11,246 bases of DNA from an uncultured Candidatus Bathyarchaeia archaeon (GCA_964450845.1 CAYVGZ010000050.1:1-11246), one strand, 5' to 3'. Shown: positions 1 to 7,728, counted from the first letter of the stretch. Notes: generated by a model from the letters alone, not told the origin. Program-made: numbers and translations.

Positions 1-218
1 AACTCGTATCTTGGCAAGCGACAAATTCCCTTTGAATTAACTGAAACGTAATCCGGAAAAGAAGGCGAATACAATTCCGCAAAGGGTTTTGCCCCACAAA
101 ACTTCATCAAAAGGTGAGCCGCTATCTTCCCAACATTTCCAAAACCCGGAAGCCCCTGCACAAAAATCGGCTTCTCAAGAACAGGATTGAATATCTGAAG
201 GAAATAAGGTTTATCCAT
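1..218 (-). CDS. PAC2-family proteasome assembly chaperone, N-terminal part (runs off the window start)
   Basis: Manual translation from ATG at 218 gives MDKPYFLQIFNPVLEKPIFVQGLPGFGNVGKIAAHLLMKFCGAKPFAELYSPSFPDYVSVNSKGICRLPRYE, open to the edge. The GLPGxGNVGKIAA and LYSPxFP motifs are typical of archaeal PAC2/DUF75 proteins. Absent from the ORF track. Confidence 0.85.
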   Translation of the reverse strand, partial: MDKPYFLQIFNPVLEKPIFVQGLPGFGNVGKIAAHLLMKFCGAKPFAELYSPSFPDYVSVNSKGICRLPRYE

Positions 219-307
219 TCTGCTTGCACCAAGCACGATAATACGCGTGTGATACTAAAATGTTTTTACAATAAAACACATTAATAAATGGTAAGACTAT
301 ATCTCCC

Positions 308-322
308 AAAAAGATTTAAGAA
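308..322 (+). promoter_or_regulatory. BRE/TATA promoter of the tRNA gene
   Basis: A-rich BRE-like run followed by TTTAAGAA (315-322), centred about 27 nt upstream of the tRNA 5' end. Confidence 0.55.
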
Positions 323-344
323 AGCATGGATTCAGCATAAAAGC

Positions 345-444
345 AGCGGGGTGGGGTAGCCAGGATTAACCCGCTGGGCTCATAAGAGTCTAAGTGATCT
401 GAGAGACCCAGAGATCAGTAGTTCAAATCTACTCCCCGCTACCA
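345..444 (+). tRNA. Initiator tRNA-Met (CAT) with 21-nt intron at 37/38 (385-405) and encoded CCA
   Basis: Acceptor stem AGCGGGG/CCCCGCT with A1-U72, anticodon stem CTGGG/CCCAG with three consecutive G-C pairs, anticodon CAT at 381-383, T arm AGTAG-TTCAAAT-CTACT, discriminator A plus CCA at 441-444. The intron forms a bulge-helix-bulge (CTCA:TGAG helix, bulges TA|A and AG|A). Confidence 0.96.
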
Positions 445-524
445 TAGCTTTTGTTGGCTAGAGGAGATATAAGTGGCTAAGAGTTTTCGGTTTTGATGTT
501 GAAGAATTATGGTGAGGATTTTAC

Positions 525-752
525 TTAGATTTTATTGTCAAGGTAAAATCTGCCGAGTTGTTCATCTTCTCTGCAAATGATTTTTCCGTTAATGGTTAGG
601 TTTTCAGCTTCAAGCAGTGATTGCCATAACTTTGCTTCTGCCATTTTTTGTCGAAGGTTTTCCCTAACTTCTTTAATTAGCTGAATTCTTTGCGGGTTAG
701 ACATTTCTAGTAGATCCAGTTTTTTCAGCTTCTTTTTGTTTTTTGTACTCAT
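525..752 (-). CDS. Hypothetical protein, 75 aa, basic N-terminus, helical
   Basis: ATG with GAGGG Shine-Dalgarno-like sequence upstream and an AT-rich TATA-like stretch near 805-812. No family recognised. Confidence 0.5.
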   Translation of the reverse strand: MSTKNKKKLKKLDLLEMSNPQRIQLIKEVRENLRQKMAEAKLWQSLLEAENLTINGKIICREDEQLGRFYLDNKI

Positions 753-921
753 TTATTTCCCTCTGGAGATACCTGTCGCATGTCTTAATAAAACAGTTCT
801 TTCAAGTTTGAACATATATCAAAAAACGATACAAATACCAGAGACTAAAATCTCAAAGCAAAACCTAGGCCGCTTTTTCTCTGCAGTTTCCTGTAACGCA
901 AGTTTTAAAATTTTGAAACAG

Positions 922-1119
922 TTAGGCTCTTCCTTTCTCTTCTTTGCCGAAGTATGTTGTCCATTTAAGTTTGCGGGCGTCTCTTCCAAATTTTAGAGAA
1001 CTTTTTCTGCATTTGCTTGAGCAGAACCACAAAATGGATCCATCGTTTTTGACGTGCATCATGCCTGTGCCTGTTGGGAATTCGTTGCCGCAAAATGAGC
1101 ATTTTCTGGGTCTGGGCAA
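922..1119 (-). CDS. rpl24e: 50S ribosomal protein L24e
   Basis: CSFCG..F.PGTG-like zinc motif, FCSSKC and KLKWT; canonical position after rps28e. Confidence 0.97.
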   Translation of the reverse strand: MPRPRKCSFCGNEFPTGTGMMHVKNDGSILWFCSSKCRKSSLKFGRDARKLKWTTYFGKEEKGRA

Positions 1120-1151
1120 AGTTGATTCCTCTGGATGATTTTGATTTCGGG

Positions 1152-1382
1152 TTATCTGGTGATTTTTTTTGCTTCTCTTTCTGTTTCTCTGAGCATTAGT
1201 ATGTCTTGGGCTCGTATTGGTCCTTTAACGTTGCGTGTTATGATGCGTCCTTTGTCTTTTCCTTCTAAGATGCGTACTCTGACTTGTGAGATTTCGCCTG
1301 TTACGCCTGTGCGTCCAATGACTTGAATTACTTCGGCTGGAGTGGGTTCTTCTCCTGCGGTTTCTTTCTGTTCCCTGCTCAT
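1152..1382 (-). CDS. rps28e: 30S ribosomal protein S28e
   Basis: [37 protein letters not shown] signature. Start placed at ATG 1382, which overlaps the L7Ae stop (TGATG) and suggests translational coupling. Confidence 0.97.
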   Translation of the reverse strand: MSREQKETAGEEPTPAEVIQVIGRTGVTGEISQVRVRILEGKDKGRIITRNVKGPIRAQDILMLRETEREAKKITR

Positions 1383-1762
1383 CACGTTGTTCCTCTTTTC
1401 ATCTGTTCAATTCTTGCAACTATTTCTTTGACTAGTCCTGTGGCGTCTCCTTCTTTGGCTATGCAGACTGAGGCTGCGGGGACATCGATGCCTGCGGCGG
1501 TGCCTATTTTTTCTTTGCTTGGGACGAATATGTATGGGATTTTTCTTTCTTCGCATAGTAGTGGTAAGTGTGCTACTACTTCTGGGGGGTCGACGTCTTC
1601 TGCTATGATTACGAGTTTTGCTTGTGCGCGTTCTATGGCTTTTGTTGTTTCGTTTGTGCCTTTTCTGACGATGCCTGTTTTTGAGGATATTTGTAGGGCT
1701 TCATAGGCTGCGTCTGCTAGTTCTTTTGAGACTTCGAATTTTACGTAGAATGGTTTGGACAT
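1382..1762 (-). CDS. rpl7ae: 50S ribosomal protein L7Ae (K-turn binding, also sRNP/RNase P subunit)
   Basis: [39 protein letters not shown] signature; GGTGA SD upstream. Confidence 0.98.
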   Translation of the reverse strand: MSKPFYVKFEVSKELADAAYEALQISSKTGIVRKGTNETTKAIERAQAKLVIIAEDVDPPEVVAHLPLLCEERKIPYIFVPSKEKIGTAAGIDVPAASVCIAKEGDATGLVKEIVARIEQMKRGTT

Positions 1763-1804
1763 GTGCCTTCACCCTTGTTTAAGTGCAGAGTGTTATCGAC
1801 ATTT

Positions 1805-1936
1805 CTTGTTTATGAAGGTTTCGACTTTTGGGGATGTTGAGTTGTGGTTTGTCTGATGGAGAACAGGGTTTCTGACATAGAATGGCAAACTTTGGGAGAT
1901 ATTAGCCTTATAGACTTGTTTATGAAGGTTTCGACT
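1805..1936 (-). repeat. Exact 22-bp direct repeat (1805-1826 and 1915-1936), BRE/TATA-like on the minus strand
   Basis: CTTGTTTATGAAGGTTTCGACT occurs twice with a 110-nt period. The minus strand reads AGTCGAAACC-TTCATAAA-CAAG. Confidence 0.9.
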
Positions 1937-1974
1937 AAAATCTCTAAAAGTCGTTTCGTTTGCAAATTTATGTA

Positions 1975-1988
1975 GAAAGCTTTAAATA
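1975..1988 (+). promoter_or_regulatory. BRE/TATA promoter of gar1-tfb
   Basis: GAAAGC-TTTAAATA about 50 nt before the gar1 TTG; GAGGGG SD at 2020-2025. Confidence 0.55.
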
Positions 1989-2036
1989 ATCTGCTTCGTT
2001 GAACCATTCCGCTTTTAACGAGGGGAATTTAAAATT

Positions 2037-2285
2037 TTGCACAGATTAGGCCGAGTCCTCCACATAAGTCCAAGCAGAAACATCATAATAAAAATCGAAA
2101 ACATTCCAAGAATCGGTGAAACAGTTGTTGACGAAAACCTGAAAACTGTTGGAAAAATTTTTGACCTATTTGGACCCGTCTCCTCGCCCTACGTAGCCAT
2201 AAGACCTACAATCCTAAAACCTGAGGAACTCACCAATAAAATGTTGTACATTTCCCCTCAAAAAGGAGAAAGGAGAAAAAAATAA
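2037..2285 (+). CDS. gar1: H/ACA RNP component Gar1
   Basis: LG.VLH..P.IG..V.D.....VGKIFDLFGPV..PYVAI signature; TTG start with SD; conserved archaeal gar1-tfb adjacency. Confidence 0.93.
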   Translation: MHRLGRVLHISPSRNIIIKIENIPRIGETVVDENLKTVGKIFDLFGPVSSPYVAIRPTILKPEELTNKMLYISPQKGERRKK

Positions 2286-3257
2286 ATGAGCGATGAGGAA
2301 GAAGGCCAAGACTCCGACCCTATAGTGCAAGCGCAACACGTTGAACCCATAAAAGTCCACCGCTGCCCAGAATGCGGCAGCACAAGACTAATGCGTGATT
2401 ACGAAAACGCCGAAATAGTCTGCATGGACTGCGGAATCGTAGTAGCCGCAAAAATAGCCGACAGGGGACCCGAATGGAGAGCCTTTGACGATGAACAAAG
2501 AGCAAAACGAACAAGGGTTGGTGCTCCCTTAACTTATACAATTCATGATAAAGGCTTATCAACAATGATTGATTGGCATGACCGAGATATTTACGGAAAA
2601 AGTTTATCACCTGGACAGAAGGCACAGGTTTACCGACTCAGAAAATGGCAACGGCGCATAAGAGTTTCAGATGCAACAGAACGCAACCTCGCCTTCGCAT
2701 TATCTGAAATCACAAAAATCGCCAACAACCTAAGTCTTCCCAAAAACATCCTCGAAACAGCGTCAGTAATCTACAGAAAAGCCGTAAAAGAGCGGCTAAT
2801 ACGTGGAAGATCCATTCAAGGCGTAACTGCAGCAGCAATTTACTTAGCTTGCAGAAAATGCGGACTAGCTAGGACATTAGAAGAAATAGCACAAGCATCA
2901 AGCGTAAACAAAAAAGAAGTCGGTCGCAGCTACCGTTTCCTAATCAAAGAACTCGACTACTCCATACCGCCTCTCAAACCAAGCCAGTACATAACAAAGT
3001 TTTCAAACCAACTAACAATGCAAGGAAAAGTCGAAGAAATCGCCCACAAAATTCTAGCCGCAGCAAAGGAACTAAAATTAACCTCCGGTCGCGGCCCAAC
3101 AGGTATTGCGGCTGCCGCAAGTTACATAGCTTCAGTGCTGACTGGCGAAAGAAAAACACAAAGGGAAATAGCTGAAATAGCACAAGTAACCGAAGTCACC
3201 ATTAGAAACCGCTACAAAGAGCTTGTTGAACGGTTAATGTTCCAGATAACCGTTTAA
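2286..3257 (+). CDS. tfb: Transcription initiation factor IIB
   Basis: Zinc ribbon CPECGS...CMDCG, B-reader GPEWRAF, two cyclin folds, C-terminal [26 protein letters not shown]. Confidence 0.99.
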   Translation: MSDEEEGQDSDPIVQAQHVEPIKVHRCPECGSTRLMRDYENAEIVCMDCGIVVAAKIADRGPEWRAFDDEQRAKRTRVGAPLTYTIHDKGLSTMIDWHDRDIYGKSLSPGQKAQVYRLRKWQRRIRVSDATERNLAFALSEITKIANNLSLPKNILETASVIYRKAVKERLIRGRSIQGVTAAAIYLACRKCGLARTLEEIAQASSVNKKEVGRSYRFLIKELDYSIPPLKPSQYITKFSNQLTMQGKVEEIAHKILAAAKELKLTSGRGPTGIAAAASYIASVLTGERKTQREIAEIAQVTEVTIRNRYKELVERLMFQITV

Positions 3258-3270
3258 CCCCTCTTTTTCT
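3258..3270 (+). terminator. Pyrimidine/T-tract terminator after tfb
   Basis: CCCCTCTTTTTCT directly after the stop; oligo-T termination is typical of archaea. Confidence 0.45.
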
Positions 3271-3302
3271 AAATATCTGGTTCGGGTGCCTCATTAACAG
3301 TT

Positions 3303-3692
3303 CTAAAGTAATTCTTCTTCCTCGCAGCTGGAGTACTCTTCTCCTAAATGTTCCTCTTTCTCGTCTCCCTTCAATGTTGACGACGCGAGTTTGCCCAGTT
3401 CCTGAAGAAATTCATGCGGAAGTTTATCTTTTAACGTCTCAACTTCCTTCTTTAGCTTGTTAACCTCACTTTCTAAACCCTTTGCTTTCTCACTTAATTC
3501 CACAACTTCTTTAAGTTGCCTAACCTCCTCCAAAAGCAAGCCTTTCTCTTTCTCTAATGCCTCAATCTTTTTTTCCAGTTTCGTTTTCATTTCGGTAACC
3601 TGCATGATTTTTCCACTCACTGATTCAATATTTTGCAAGTTCACAATTAATAATTTACTCCAAAAACTATTTGTGCACTCACTACAAAACAC
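3303..3692 (-). CDS. Coiled-coil (leucine zipper) protein with acidic C-terminus, paralogue of the 3735-4163 zipper. Start uncertain (GTG 3692 or ATG 3605).
   Basis: Leu at 39-46-53-60 and 66-73-80-87; shares LESEVN and about 49% identity over 53 columns with the neighbouring protein (hand alignment). Confidence 0.8.
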   Translation of the reverse strand: MFCSECTNSFWSKLLIVNLQNIESVSGKIMQVTEMKTKLEKKIEALEKEKGLLLEEVRQLKEVVELSEKAKGLESEVNKLKKEVETLKDKLPHEFLQELGKLASSTLKGDEKEEHLGEEYSSCEEEELL

Positions 3693-3734
3693 ATTTTAGC
3701 CCCTACGAGGATAATTAACAAAGGGGCTCACAAT

Positions 3735-4163
3735 TTGGTCAAGTGTCCAAAATGCGGGATTGATGTATCCACTCCAGTTAAGACTTGGCCCATGCCTATG
3801 CGAAAGCCATTAAAAAAGGGCGAATCCAAAATTGCAATGGGAATATTTGAATGTCCAAACTGCAAAGCAAGGTTTAGAGCCGCCTTAGAAGTAGAAACCA
3901 AGCTTGAAGAGACAGCAAGTATTAAAAACATGGTTGAAAGAATTAGAGGCATAAAGGGAGAACTCATGCAGACCTTGAAGAATCTTCGAGAAAAAATAAA
4001 GACCTTGGAAACTGAACGGGCAAATTTAATGATTGAAATTGACAACCTAAAGAAAGTTGCAGAATCAAAGGCTAACGCCCTTGAAAGCGAAGTAAACATG
4101 TTGCGGGAAGAAGTAAAATCTCTTAGAGACCTTCTGGGTTATACTGAAGAAGCAGGAAAATAG
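3735..4163 (+). CDS. Cren7-like zinc-ribbon domain fused to a C-terminal leucine zipper
   Basis: N-terminal CPKC...PVKTW...MGIFECPNC..RFR matches my recollection of the Cren7 pattern PEKVW...IGLFKDPETGKYFR. Heptad series I63-I70-L77-L84-L91-L98-L105 then L116-L123-L130. TTG start with AGGGG SD. The CDS is solid; the family call is by eye. Confidence 0.75.
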   Translation: MVKCPKCGIDVSTPVKTWPMPMRKPLKKGESKIAMGIFECPNCKARFRAALEVETKLEETASIKNMVERIRGIKGELMQTLKNLREKIKTLETERANLMIEIDNLKKVAESKANALESEVNMLREEVKSLRDLLGYTEEAGK

Positions 4164-4204
4164 CCGAATAACATTTTTCTACATTGTTTATAGATCTTTA
4201 TGGA

Positions 4205-4612
4205 TTACTTCAAATATTGCTTGTAATATTCTTGAGCTTTGGCTACAGCTTTCTCCGGGTTTTTCAATATCGTGTACTTCATTTCTGGCGAAATCTTTGC
4301 GGCTTCGCTGAAAAACTCTACAACTTTTTTCACGTTTCCTTCGTAAATCGCCAAACCTCCGGCAATTTCATACTGTATTCTAGCCCTTGTGGCATCCTTT
4401 GCTTTTTCAAAGTTTTTGGCGTTTTCCACAGCCTCTTTCATTGAACTTTCGACTTTCCTAGGGTCAAGAAACATCGTGTGGAATAATGCTTCATAGGTTT
4501 CTTTATCGTCTCCGCAAAGCTCTTCAAGTTTGGTTATTATTTTTGCGTGTTCCATATTTGTGTTCTTTTCTTCTTTCTTTCCCTTCCTAAACCTGTCCAG
4601 TAAACCCAACAT
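4205..4612 (-). CDS. Hypothetical all-helical protein (possible TPR-like helix pair)
   Basis: 135-136 aa ORF with protein-like composition and AGGAGG SD before ATG 4612. No family recognised. Confidence 0.75.
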   Translation of the reverse strand: MLGLLDRFRKGKKEEKNTNMEHAKIITKLEELCGDDKETYEALFHTMFLDPRKVESSMKEAVENAKNFEKAKDATRARIQYEIAGGLAIYEGNVKKVVEFFSEAAKISPEMKYTILKNPEKAVAKAQEYYKQYLK

Positions 4613-4709
4613 CAAGCCTCCTTGAGCTTCACATTTACATTTTATATTTACTTAGGACAGTATATGCAATAGTTAATCTTAAAGCTTTGTTTGTTTCTAC
4701 ATATGAGTT

Positions 4710-5327
4710 ATGCCATATAAATTTACATTTGACCTTTCGAGAGTTCCACGCTTCTTCTTTACTGAAATTGCCAAACTTGGCTATCAAAAAGGTGTTCATA
4801 AAAAAGTTGGCAGAACCGCGCAGGAAATGATAAAAAAATTCAAGATTCAAGAAGTGGCAGGTCTCAACTTGTCTGATGCTGTGCTTCTTCTCCAAGACCT
4901 TATAGAAATGCAAGCTAGAAACCTTGTAGAAAGAGAAAAATTTGTACAAGCAAAGAAAAAGGCGCTTTTTCTGCCTCATTGTTCTAGAAAATATATGGAT
5001 AGTCGTTGTAAAGCAGTTTTTGACCCGAATATTCCCTCTTATATTTGTGGACACTGCTCTCCAGACTGCTCAATTAATAAGGCGGTGTCCTTTGCCGAAA
5101 AGAAGGGCTATGACGTTTATATACTGCCTGGCGGTTCTTGCATTCCTAAAATTTTGAAAGCTAAACACTACGAAGGCGTTGTTGGAGTTGCATGTGGTGA
5201 AGAGATAAGAATGAGCGGGGAAGTATTGAAAGGAATAAATGTGGCGGGTCAAGCTGTTCCTTTAATAAAGAATGGTTGTGCAAACACCGTTTTTAGCATT
5301 GAAACCTTAATGACTGTTCTTCAGTAA
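4710..5327 (+). CDS. DUF116 family Cys-rich protein
   Basis: LFLPHC, CxxCxxxC (CGHCSPDC), GY.VYILPGGSC, GVAC..E and terminal GCxNT motifs; 8 Cys. Confidence 0.85.
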   Translation: MPYKFTFDLSRVPRFFFTEIAKLGYQKGVHKKVGRTAQEMIKKFKIQEVAGLNLSDAVLLLQDLIEMQARNLVEREKFVQAKKKALFLPHCSRKYMDSRCKAVFDPNIPSYICGHCSPDCSINKAVSFAEKKGYDVYILPGGSCIPKILKAKHYEGVVGVACGEEIRMSGEVLKGINVAGQAVPLIKNGCANTVFSIETLMTVLQ

Positions 5328-5389
5328 AAAGAGTTCTAAATGTATCCGCTTTCGCATTTGATGACATATTAGACAAAATGCTGGAAAAA

Positions 5390-5551
5390 TTATTTTACGA
5401 TTTCTCTTTTCTTCCAGCGTAGGTTTTTGCTTCGGCATTTTCTACATTTAACCGCGGTTGCAGCGTTTCTTGCGCCACATTCTCTGCAGATTTTCATGTA
5501 GAGTCTATGTTTTTGAGCTATGGTCTTCTTAAGCGGGTCCATAATTGGCAT
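5390..5551 (-). CDS. rpl40e: 50S ribosomal protein L40e
   Basis: Manual translation MPIMDPLKKTIAQKHRLYMKICRECGARNAATAVKCRKCRSKNLRWKKREIVK (53 aa, C4 zinc finger); GAGAGG SD. Missed by the ORF track because of its size. Confidence 0.96.
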   Translation of the reverse strand: MPIMDPLKKTIAQKHRLYMKICRECGARNAATAVKCRKCRSKNLRWKKREIVK

Positions 5552-5701
5552 TTATTTAACCTCTCTTTCTTGTGGCTAAAGCTCAGATAGTCTGCTAGAA
5601 AATATACTTTTTGCCAGCAACCAAAGTTCTTTCGCAATTTCTTGCGCTAAATTCCCTTTTTCTTCATTAAAGGACTAAATTGGATGGTGTTCATTTTGTT
5701 T

Positions 5702-6577
5702 CTAGCTACTAACGAGTTTCGTCAACAGTTCTGGTACGTCGTTTGGTTTTTCAGCTACTTTTACGCCAGCACTTTTGAACTTTTCAATCTTACTTTCAGC
5801 CGTTCCTGCCTTGCCCATAACTATTGCGCCAGCGTGTCCCATACGTTTTCCGGGTGGAGCGGAACGTCCAGCTACGAATGCCACAACTGGTTTTGGGTAC
5901 TTCTCGCTTGCGATGTATTCGGCTGCTAATTCTTCGAGGTTGCCACCAATTTCCCCTATCAAAACGATGGCTTTTGTTCGTGGATCTTGTTCAAACATTC
6001 TAAGTGCATCTAGAAAGTTTAAGCCTGTTATCGGGTCTCCTCCCAAGCCTATGCATGTAGATTGTCCTAGGTTTTTTCTGGTTAGACCTGCTGCTATTTC
6101 GTACGTGAGGGTGCCGCTTCTTGAAACCATGCCTATGGTGCCAGGTTTAAAGATGTGGGCAGGCATTATTCCGAGTTTGCTTTCTCCTGGAGTTATTATG
6201 CCTGGGGTGTTTGGTCCGATGATTGTTGCATTGGCTTGTTTTGCGCGTGCCATTACGTTGACAGCGTCTTTTATTGGAATATGCTCAGTTATTATCACAA
6301 TGGTTTTTATTCCGTTCTCCAGGGCTTCTAGAGTTGCGTCTGCGGCGAATGGAGCTGGTACAAAAATTATTGAAGCGTTTGCTGAATGTTTTTCTCGGGC
6401 TTCTTCGACTGTATCATAGACTGGGACGTCGTGAATTTGGGTTTTTCCTTTCCCAGGGGTTACGCCTGCAACGATTTTTGTTCTATATTCTAGCATAAGC
6501 TTGGTATGGAAGCTTCCTTGAGTTCCAGTTATGCCTTGTACAATTGCGCGTGTGTTCTTGTCAATTATTATTCCCAA
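5702..6577 (-). CDS. sucD: Succinyl-CoA synthetase alpha subunit
   Basis: VQGITG..G..H, AGVTPGKG, IIGPNTPG, SRSGTLTYE, IGLGGDP and phospho-His motif RMGHAGA; TTG start with GGAGG SD. Confidence 0.96.
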   Translation of the reverse strand: MGIIIDKNTRAIVQGITGTQGSFHTKLMLEYRTKIVAGVTPGKGKTQIHDVPVYDTVEEAREKHSANASIIFVPAPFAADATLEALENGIKTIVIITEHIPIKDAVNVMARAKQANATIIGPNTPGIITPGESKLGIMPAHIFKPGTIGMVSRSGTLTYEIAAGLTRKNLGQSTCIGLGGDPITGLNFLDALRMFEQDPRTKAIVLIGEIGGNLEELAAEYIASEKYPKPVVAFVAGRSAPPGKRMGHAGAIVMGKAGTAESKIEKFKSAGVKVAEKPNDVPELLTKLVSS

Positions 6578-6579
6578 GT

Positions 6580-7728
6580 TTATTTGCCTCCATTCCTAGA
6601 AATTTCAACGGCTCGTTGTGCGGCTTCTTCCATGCTTTCTAATACGTGCACTCCTTTTTCTGTTAGTATTCGTTTTCCTTCTTCTTCATTTGTGCCTACA
6701 AGCCTGATAACCATTGGTTTTGTTGCCCCAATTTTTGCCTTTGCTTCTAGGATTCCCAGTGCAACTTCGTCGCAGCGGGTGATTCCGCCTAAAATGTTTA
6801 TGAAGAGTGCTTTGACTTTTGGGTCTGAAAACACTATTTTGAGGGCTGTGGCTATTTTTTCTGCAGGTGCTCCTCCGCCGACATCTAGAAAGTTTGCTGG
6901 TTTTCCTCCGTAGTATTGAATTGTGTCTAGTGTTGCCATTACGAGTCCCGCCCCATTGCCTATCACGCCTATGTCTCCGTCCAATTTGACGTAAGCCAAA
7001 TCGTTTTTTGTTGCCTCTATTTCTTGTGGGGTGAGTTCACTTTCGCCTTCCAAGAGCCTCTTTTTGTATTCTTGGTGGCGAAATAGGGCGTTGTCGTCTA
7101 ATATTATACGTGCGTCTGCTGCAACAAATTTTCCATCAATAGTCTCTGCTAAAGGGTTCATCTCAATCAATTCTGCGTCATAATCCATACCAACACAATA
7201 TAGTCTTTCAAAAATTCCTCCAAGCTCAGAAAGTTGGTTGCCTACATAACCCATTTTTCTAGCCATTTGACGGGCGTGAAAAGAGTGAAAACCATGTTGA
7301 GGATTTATTGGAAATCGGACTATTTTTTCTGGAGCTTTTGTGGCTATTTCCTCTATTTCCATTCCGCCAACTGCAGAAGCAATTGCCACGTAGCTCTGAT
7401 TAAATCTGTCAGTTGTTATGCCAAAGTAAAGTTCTTTTTTTATTTGTATTTTCTCTTCAATCCATACGCTTTTGACTGGTATGTCCTTTATCTGCATTCT
7501 TAGCAGTTTTTCCGCGTCTTTTTCTACCTCTTCAATGGAATTGGCGAATAATATCCCGCCCGCTTTTCCTCTTCCAGCAACCAACACTTGTGCTTTAACT
7601 GCGAATGGTGGTTTCAGTTTAGATGCGACTTCTTGGGCTTGGTTTGGGTCGGTTGCTAATCCGCCTCGAGGTGTTGGGATTCCATAGTTTGCGAGTATAT
7701 TTTTTGCTTCATATTCGAAGAGTTTCAT
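6580..7728 (-). CDS. sucC: Succinyl-CoA synthetase beta subunit
   Basis: MKLFEYEAK, VKAQVLVAGRGKAGG ATP-grasp, EMNPL, GNGAGL, NFLDVGGG, NILGGITRCD. Confidence 0.96.
   Translation of the reverse strand: MKLFEYEAKNILANYGIPTPRGGLATDPNQAQEVASKLKPPFAVKAQVLVAGRGKAGGILFANSIEEVEKDAEKLLRMQIKDIPVKSVWIEEKIQIKKELYFGITTDRFNQSYVAIASAVGGMEIEEIATKAPEKIVRFPINPQHGFHSFHARQMARKMGYVGNQLSELGGIFERLYCVGMDYDAELIEMNPLAETIDGKFVAADARIILDDNALFRHQEYKKRLLEGESELTPQEIEATKNDLAYVKLDGDIGVIGNGAGLVMATLDTIQYYGGKPANFLDVGGGAPAEKIATALKIVFSDPKVKALFINILGGITRCDEVALGILEAKAKIGATKPMVIRLVGTNEEEGKRILTEKGVHVLESMEEAAQRAVEISRNGGK

Noticed and set aside
445-921. Integrated element at the tRNA
   Set aside because: No integrase, no repeat of the tRNA 3' end and no IS ends within the window.
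736-1706. + strand ORFs 736-996, 944-1138, 1135-1326 and 1323-1706
   Set aside because: Antisense to ribosomal protein genes; open because the T/G-rich strand has few stop codons.
1763-1805. K-turn in the rpl7ae leader (L7Ae autoregulation as in Sulfolobus)
   Set aside because: GA dinucleotides are present but no canonical stem could be formed beside tandem G-A pairs.
1812-1875. Box C/D sRNA between rpl7ae and gar1 (ATGAAGG, 12 nt, GGGA, TGTTGA, 12 nt, CTGA on the + strand)
   Set aside because: The spacing is suggestive, but box C has two mismatches, D' and C' abut with no loop, and no rRNA/tRNA target was recognised. A snoscan-type search could revisit it.
1805-1936. Mini-CRISPR array
   Set aside because: Only two 22-nt repeats with an 88-nt spacer, no typical repeat end motif and no cas genes.
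1810-2007. 65-aa ORF upstream of rpl7ae
   Set aside because: Spans the repeat and promoter region of two divergent operons; no recognisable motif.
2320-5252. Overlapping ORFs 2320-2625, 2974-3183, 3457-3699, 3728-4099, 4184-4444, 4635-5054, 4942-5157 and 5070-5252
   Set aside because: Shadow or alternative frames of better-supported genes, with non-protein-like composition.
5611-5646. Short palindromes TTGC-CA-GCAA and CGCAA-TTTC-TTGCG between sucD and rpl40e
   Set aside because: Stems of only 4-5 bp with no T-tract; expected by chance.
5775-6419. 214-aa + strand ORF
   Set aside because: Antisense shadow of sucD.
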